Program-made: the position numbers and the translations under genes
Shown here: in pieces, positions 27,084-31,601 of the stretch
How positions within the stretch are numbered: position 1 is the stretch's first letter
How the letters are laid out: every line of letters starts with the position of its first letter
Assembly: GCA_046484135.1 (NCBI GenBank)
Contig: JAWOBU010000030.1
Coordinates: 1-31,601 of the forward strand
Direction: 5' to 3'
Source: a bacterium
Lineage (GTDB): Bacteria > RBG-13-61-14 > DATKZS01
Length of the DNA stretch: 31,601 nt
Notes under the pieces: model-generated
Database searches by the model: none
The model's input: only the letters and a program-made list of their open reading frames with translations
What the model was told of the DNA's origin: nothing

Positions 27084-28496
27084 TTACTCGTCCGGCTTAT
27101 GGTTCAAGGAGATGACGGGCAGCTCGGAGTAGCGGGAGACTTCGAGGGACGCGGTGATGGCCATCTCGAGCGCGTCCACCAGGTCGTCATGGTCGGAGTC
27201 GGGGAAGGCGAGAAGCTCTTCCACGAGCGCGGGGAGGTGGTCGGTTCCGGGCGCTCTTTCCGATGGCTGCGGAAAGGAAATCCCTCCTGACTGGAAGAGC
27301 CCTTGCATTCGCATGGCTCGGGCGATCTTGTCCCTGGTGTGGACCACGGGCGAGACGGGCAGCTCGGTTTCTTTTCTCAGCCTTTGCACCATGACCTCCT
27401 GGTAGGCGTTGGCTTCCACTGCTACGGACACCACCGGGGAAGCCGGCCGGTCATGGAGATAGAAAAGGGACGAGATGGCTGTGAACTGCTCTTCAAAGGA
27501 CAGCCTTGCCTGGTAGGCGCTTATGATGTGATAGGACCCGGGTGCTTTTTCTCCAATGGTTACGTGTGCGAAGTAATCGTTGTGGTCTGCGCTTCCGATG
27601 GCCAGGTCCACACCCTGGTACTTGCGGAAGACGTTAGGCATATGGTCGGTTTTTATCCACTCGGGCCGGAAGATTCTTCCTTTCATGGCTGATACGTCGT
27701 TCTGGTACTGGGCGTTGAAGATGGCGGGCCCGGTTTCCTCTTGCTTGTCGAGCAGGAGCTTCAAGGGGAACTTTTTCTCCCACAGCGCCTTTTTACCGCG
27801 GGCGGTTTCGATGACGGCTTTTTCTCGGAGGCACGGCATACCCGCTTCCATGAGCTTTCCGTAGAGGTCATCGTGATGATATCGGGTGCCGATTATGGAG
27901 AGCTTTCCTTCCGGCTCGAGAGTGGGCAGAAGTTCCTTGTAGTACCAGGTCAGGGTCCTCTCCCGCAGGAGCCGGGAGCGGGCGCTGTCCTCGTCCACCA
28001 CGTCGTCCAGTATGACCAGGTCGTAGTGCCTGCTTATGACCGGTCCCCTGATGCCGAGCGCGGTTACTGTCGCTTCCTTGGCGTTTGTGAGGCGTGAGGC
28101 CAAAAGCAGTTGGGACTCTGTCCAGGGGGATGCCTTTAGAGGACCGAAGAGCTTCCTGATATGTTGATTGTTTTCGAGATGGTTCTTAATCTCGCGCAAA
28201 AACGCTTCCGCCTGGTCCGCGGTGTTGGACACGATAAGGGCCCTGGTTTCCGGGTTGTCCAGGATTCGGTAGAGGGTAAAGGACACGGTAAGGATGGTGG
28301 ATTTCCCGTGCCCCCGCGGGGCCAGCACGAGCGAGTACTGGTTATTGCTCGCGAACTCCCACCAGTTTTTATGAAAGCGCGTGAAGTCGTAGCCCAGGAG
28401 GTGCCGGACGAACCGCTCCGGCCGGGGCAGTACCGGCGTCGGCTGGTTTTCGATCATTCGGACCCATCGGTGTAACTCTTGCGAGCCCAAGCTCAT
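27084..28496 (-). CDS. terL: Terminase large subunit
   Basis: Walker A APRGHGKST, Walker B VILDD, motif III IGTRYH, FNAQYQN, nuclease GVDLA and HDDLVDA, all intact. Confidence 0.93.
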   Translation of the reverse strand: MSLGSQELHRWVRMIENQPTPVLPRPERFVRHLLGYDFTRFHKNWWEFASNNQYSLVLAPRGHGKSTILTVSFTLYRILDNPETRALIVSNTADQAEAFLREIKNHLENNQHIRKLFGPLKASPWTESQLLLASRLTNAKEATVTALGIRGPVISRHYDLVILDDVVDEDSARSRLLRERTLTWYYKELLPTLEPEGKLSIIGTRYHHDDLYGKLMEAGMPCLREKAVIETARGKKALWEKKFPLKLLLDKQEETGPAIFNAQYQNDVSAMKGRIFRPEWIKTDHMPNVFRKYQGVDLAIGSADHNDYFAHVTIGEKAPGSYHIISAYQARLSFEEQFTAISSLFYLHDRPASPVVSVAVEANAYQEVMVQRLRKETELPVSPVVHTRDKIARAMRMQGLFQSGGISFPQPSERAPGTDHLPALVEELLAFPDSDHDDLVDALEMAITASLEVSRYSELPVISLNHKPDE

Positions 28497-28566
28497 GTTC
28501 CACTCCTTTAACTTCCGCGGTAGTCCGATACGCGATTAAGAACGCGGATTGCGTAAGCGGTGTAAT

Positions 28567-28588
28567 TCGCGACTCTCGTCGCTCGCAC
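28567..28588. repeat. Single REP-like palindrome inside the phage-like cluster
   Basis: TCGCGACTctcGTCGCTCGCAC matches TCGCGACTaaaGTCGCTCGCAC at 9753-9774 at 19 of 22 positions, with the differences clustered in the loop. Confidence 0.6.
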
Positions 28589-28618
28589 GATGAATTTCAT
28601 TCTTTGGTTTACGAACCG

Positions 28619-29242
28619 TTATTGCATTGATCTTTTGCAGAGTTCCGCCAGGGCGTCGCCGTTGTTATCAATGGACAGCTCGGCCTTGGTTCTGTCCAGT
28701 GCTTCCCGGATTTTTTCTTTCTGTTCGGATCTCACCACCACTGCGAAGACCTCGAGGCCGTTGTCAGCGAAGCTCTGGCGGGCGTGGTCCACTGCGCGTC
28801 CGGCTTTTTCAGCCACCATGTCGAGCATCTGGTTTATCTCGATCTCTGACCAGGGGAGCTTCCGGGCGAGTTCCTCCGGGTCCATGGTGTAAGCCAGGTG
28901 CTTTAAAAGGCGGGCGAGCTTATCAGGGTCGTTCTCGCCGCGCAGTCCGTTCAACTGCAGGGTCTTGAGCCGGGCTTCAGTGTCGTCCAGGTTTTCGACC
29001 ACGCAGGGGACCTCGGAAAGGCCGAGCTCGGTGGCGATGATATAACGGTGCTCGCCGTCCACCACCTGGTAGCCTTCCTGCCGCGGCCGGACCAGTATGG
29101 GCGAGACAAAGCCGTTCTTTTTTATCTCGCGCCGGAGCGTCTTTCGCTTGTCCGGGTCCATGCGGTTCGGGTTCCAGGGATTTGTCGAGATGCTCCCGAT
29201 AGGCACAAACACGATCTCAATCCGGTTCGATACAGACTCCAT
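28619..29242 (-). CDS. ParB/Srx-like N-terminal domain protein (terminase-associated type)
   Basis: NPWNPN, GFVSPILVR, VVDGEHR, LNGLRG; start ATG 29242 with AAGGAGG RBS. Confidence 0.88.
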   Translation of the reverse strand: MESVSNRIEIVFVPIGSISTNPWNPNRMDPDKRKTLRREIKKNGFVSPILVRPRQEGYQVVDGEHRYIIATELGLSEVPCVVENLDDTEARLKTLQLNGLRGENDPDKLARLLKHLAYTMDPEELARKLPWSEIEINQMLDMVAEKAGRAVDHARQSFADNGLEVFAVVVRSEQKEKIREALDRTKAELSIDNNGDALAELCKRSMQ

Positions 29243-29855
29243 AGTAGATAACCCTCCTTGATTTTCTCCATGCACTTAACCAGTCAACTATGCAAAAGCC
29301 GTGGCGCCGCCCCAGGCTTTTCCAGAAGCTTTTCAAAAGAAGCTCGTAGTCGCGAATGAGCGCGGGCCGGATGCGGGCAGCTTCTTTCGGCTGTTCCTCC
29401 TCCGGGAAGTAGTCGCCGAGCTTTACGCGGTTGCCGCAGGAGAGGTAAATCCTGCCCCCGTCGGTAACGGCGAAGACCGCCCGGCCGGGCGGGGTCCAGT
29501 TCTGGAACAACTGTTGGATGAGCCGGTTGGGGCATCCGTAGGCGTCGAGGTCTATGTAGTTTATGGCGGACAGCTCAGGAAGCCGGGATTTTACGAACCG
29601 GCTGTTGTCCGTGAAGTGGAGTCGGACGTTTTCGAGGTTTTCCCGCCGGACGGCGCGTTCGAGCTTCATGAACTTCACCGGGTCTTTCTCGACCGCTTCT
29701 ACGCTGTTAAAGGCGGGCGCCATGGCGGTAAGTAGCTTTCCTTCTCCGGCATAGAGGTCGAGCGCGTTTCCGGGGTTTATGTTTTTCAGGAGCTTTTTTC
29801 TCATGAGTAGTTTTATTTCCCGGAAGCCGTGGTCGGTTTTTCGGTTCGGTTTCAT
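29217..29855 (-). CDS. SAM-dependent (class I Rossmann) methyltransferase-like protein
   Basis: ALDLYAGEG, AVEKD, TDN, YIDLDAYGCP, AVTDG. Confidence 0.75.
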   Translation of the reverse strand: MKPNRKTDHGFREIKLLMRKKLLKNINPGNALDLYAGEGKLLTAMAPAFNSVEAVEKDPVKFMKLERAVRRENLENVRLHFTDNSRFVKSRLPELSAINYIDLDAYGCPNRLIQQLFQNWTPPGRAVFAVTDGGRIYLSCGNRVKLGDYFPEEEQPKEAARIRPALIRDYELLLKSFWKSLGRRHGFCIVDWLSAWRKSRRVIYYGVCIEPD

Positions 29856-29924
29856 TTCTTTCTCCGGTTTTGATTGTTTTTGGTTTTATGATTTATTGTG
29901 TTGATATGAGGTTTTTTTTCGGGC

Positions 29925-29952
29925 TTGACAATACGTGTAAGTATGAGAGAAT
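29925..29952 (+). promoter_or_regulatory. Candidate sigma70 promoter in the AT-rich divergent control region
   Basis: TTGACA at 29925-29930, 16 bp, then TGaGAGAAT; lies between the divergent methyltransferase and radical SAM genes. Confidence 0.4.
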
Positions 29953-30027
29953 GTAATAAAGGAGACTTGTCGACAGGATGAAACGGATTGATGGTCATGG
30001 TCTATATGTTGATTTTTTGCGGGGTGA

Positions 30028-31275
30028 TTGATGGACGATGAAGACAAGGTCGGTAATGTTCCGGACGGCGAGGAGCGTCTGGAGGACCACGAGGCCGAGC
30101 TTAGCGCCAGGGAGGCTGAGGAGGAGCTTCGGGAGGAGTCGGGCCGGATATCTGAACGGGAGTATCAGAAGATGGCGGCCGACCTTCGGTGGGAGGTCCT
30201 CGAGTACGTTGACGCTCATCCGGACAAGTCGGTGCGGGAGATAGCCGAGTTCTTCGGTATCAAGGAAGGCACCATCCGGGCGTGGAAGGCGCACAGCACC
30301 ATGGGGACATACGGGAAGAAGTCTTCCCGCGACAAGTCCCTGCCTTCGCCGGGCGGCCAGCGGCCCTTGTTCAAGGAAGAAAAGGAGGAGTCCCCTCCCC
30401 CTTACCTTTCGCGGAAGCGGCACTCGAACTTCATCCATTACTTCGACAAGACCCCGCCGGGAATCGTGTGTCCCCATTTTTACATCCTGGCCCATGCCAA
30501 CGGCTGTCCCTTTGCCTGCCACTACTGTTATCTCAAGCTGACCCTGCGGCACTACCCCGAGCCCACCGTGTTCACCAACACCGCGCGCATGTTCCAGGAA
30601 ATCCGGGAGTGGCTCATGAGCCTTACCGAGCCCGCGGTGCTCAACACGGGCGAGCTCTCCGACTCGCTGGGCTGGGACATGCACACCCGGCTTTCCAAGA
30701 ACCTGGTGCCGCTTTTTGAAAACCAGAACAAGCACAAGCTGTTGTTTCTTACCAAGTCGGCCCAAGTGGACAACCTCCTTAAGATGGAGCCGACCAAACA
30801 GGTGGTGGTGAGCTTCTCGGTGAACGCTTCGAAGGTCTCCGAGATGTACGAGAAAGCCTCGCCCCCGCCGGAAAAGAGGCTGGACGCCGCCCGCCGGGTG
30901 AAAGAACACGGCTACGAGGTCCGGCTGCGGCTGGACCCCATGATCCCGGTCGAGGGGTGGGAGAAGCATTACGCGGACATCATCGAGAAGATGAACCGGG
31001 TGGACCCCGCCATCGTAACCCTGGGCTCGCTGCGGTACTTCCGGAACCTGACAAACCACACACCCAAAGACACCGACGTGTTCGAGTACGGCCACGACCA
31101 CGGCGACCCGGACGGAAGGCTCCGGATCGAGCGGGACACCCGCCTGGAGATGTACCGGTTCTGCCTGGACCGGCTCCCCTCGGTCCGGGTGGGGCTTTGC
31201 AAGGAGACCGCGGACGTACACCGCGAGCTCGGACTTCCGGGAGTCAACCAGTCGTGCAACTGTACGCCGGAATAA
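30028..31275 (+). CDS. Spore photoproduct lyase-family radical SAM protein with N-terminal HTH
   Basis: HTH SVREIAEFFGIKEGTIRAWK; GCPFACHYCYL, NTGELSDSL, FLTKS, SFSVN, RLDPMIP, LCKE, CNC. Confidence 0.85.
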   Translation: MMDDEDKVGNVPDGEERLEDHEAELSAREAEEELREESGRISEREYQKMAADLRWEVLEYVDAHPDKSVREIAEFFGIKEGTIRAWKAHSTMGTYGKKSSRDKSLPSPGGQRPLFKEEKEESPPPYLSRKRHSNFIHYFDKTPPGIVCPHFYILAHANGCPFACHYCYLKLTLRHYPEPTVFTNTARMFQEIREWLMSLTEPAVLNTGELSDSLGWDMHTRLSKNLVPLFENQNKHKLLFLTKSAQVDNLLKMEPTKQVVVSFSVNASKVSEMYEKASPPPEKRLDAARRVKEHGYEVRLRLDPMIPVEGWEKHYADIIEKMNRVDPAIVTLGSLRYFRNLTNHTPKDTDVFEYGHDHGDPDGRLRIERDTRLEMYRFCLDRLPSVRVGLCKETADVHRELGLPGVNQSCNCTPE

Positions 31276-31285
31276 ATCAGGTTCA

Positions 31286-31601
31286 TCCGGTTTATTGGTA
31301 CCTGAACAAAATCATGCGTTTATCGTTTTGTTGGCTGCCAGCGGGGAGCTTGACTCCCTCATGCTCAGCGGCTATGGTATTAGTGCCGGCCTGGAGGATA
31401 GGGCAACGCAGGCATGCGACCCGAACGCCTGGCTGGTGGCTATACAGCGGGGAGGGCCGGACCTGTTCCGGCCTTTTCCCTTTCCCCGCTGGAAGCCCGA
31501 AGGCGATAAACGCATCTTCGCGACGTCCCATAACCATCTGATGAACAAAAGGTTTTTTGCATCAAAGAGCCTGTTTTCATCGTAGGTACCATTAAACCGG
31601 A
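31286..31601. repeat. Nested inverted-repeat element enclosing a promoter-like sequence and a hairpin (MITE or structured ncRNA)
   Basis: Outer IR TCCGGTTTATTGGTACCT (31286-31303) / AGGTACCATTAAACCGGA (31584-31601), 17 of 18 match. Inner IR ATGCGTTTATCG..GGCT.CCAGCGGGGA (31314-31347) / TCCCCGCTGG.AGCC..CGATAAACGCAT (31483-31515). Confidence 0.65.

Larger units (their letters stand above)
12050..29855 (-). mobile_element. Phage-derived virion morphogenesis and lysis cluster (GTA-like element or prophage late region)
   Basis: Co-oriented terminase, portal, capsid, tail and lysis genes in canonical siphovirus order; no integrase, repressor or replication genes within the window. Confidence 0.85.

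Noticed and set aside
28619..29242. Chromosome or plasmid partition ParB
   Set aside because: No ParA partner and no recognisable ParB HTH; context is terminase-associated.
29995..31221. 408-aa minus-strand ORF
   Set aside because: Antisense shadow of the radical SAM gene in GC-rich DNA, with no recognisable motifs.
31314..31515. 6S RNA or a known riboswitch
   Set aside because: Length and closing stem are compatible, but I could not recognise the central bubble or aptamer consensus; it is left as an unassigned structured element.

Overview
GC-rich bacterial chromosomal window; the gene content is suggestive of a Deltaproteobacteria-like diderm (inference). Left part (1-12043) is host housekeeping: the 3' end of a UvrD/PcrA helicase, an Mla/MCE-type ABC operon with two permeases and two ATPases, an EEP phosphatase, an NSAR/OSBS racemase plus GNAT pair, a collapsed GH38 alpha-mannosidase pseudogene, REP/REPIN-like palindromes, and an Rrf2 / 4Fe-4S / HD operon. 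From 12050 to 29855 a single minus-strand cluster of about 17.8 kb encodes an apparently intact siphovirus-like particle. In transcription order it holds a methyltransferase, ParB-like protein, large terminase, portal, protease/scaffold, decoration protein, major capsid, glycosyltransferase, beta-helix protein, adaptor, terminator, tail tube, a -1 frameshifting chaperone, a very short 203-aa tape-measure-like protein, tail tip proteins and a lysis cassette. No integrase, repressor, replication genes, small terminase or att site is visible in the window. It abuts a host gene with a 6-bp gap and contains a host-type REP copy. The best candidate for a new system is therefore a domesticated gene-transfer-agent-like element; the caveat is that early phage genes could lie beyond the right edge. 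A divergent HTH/SPL-family radical SAM gene and a ~316-bp nested inverted-repeat element with an internal promoter and hairpin end the window.
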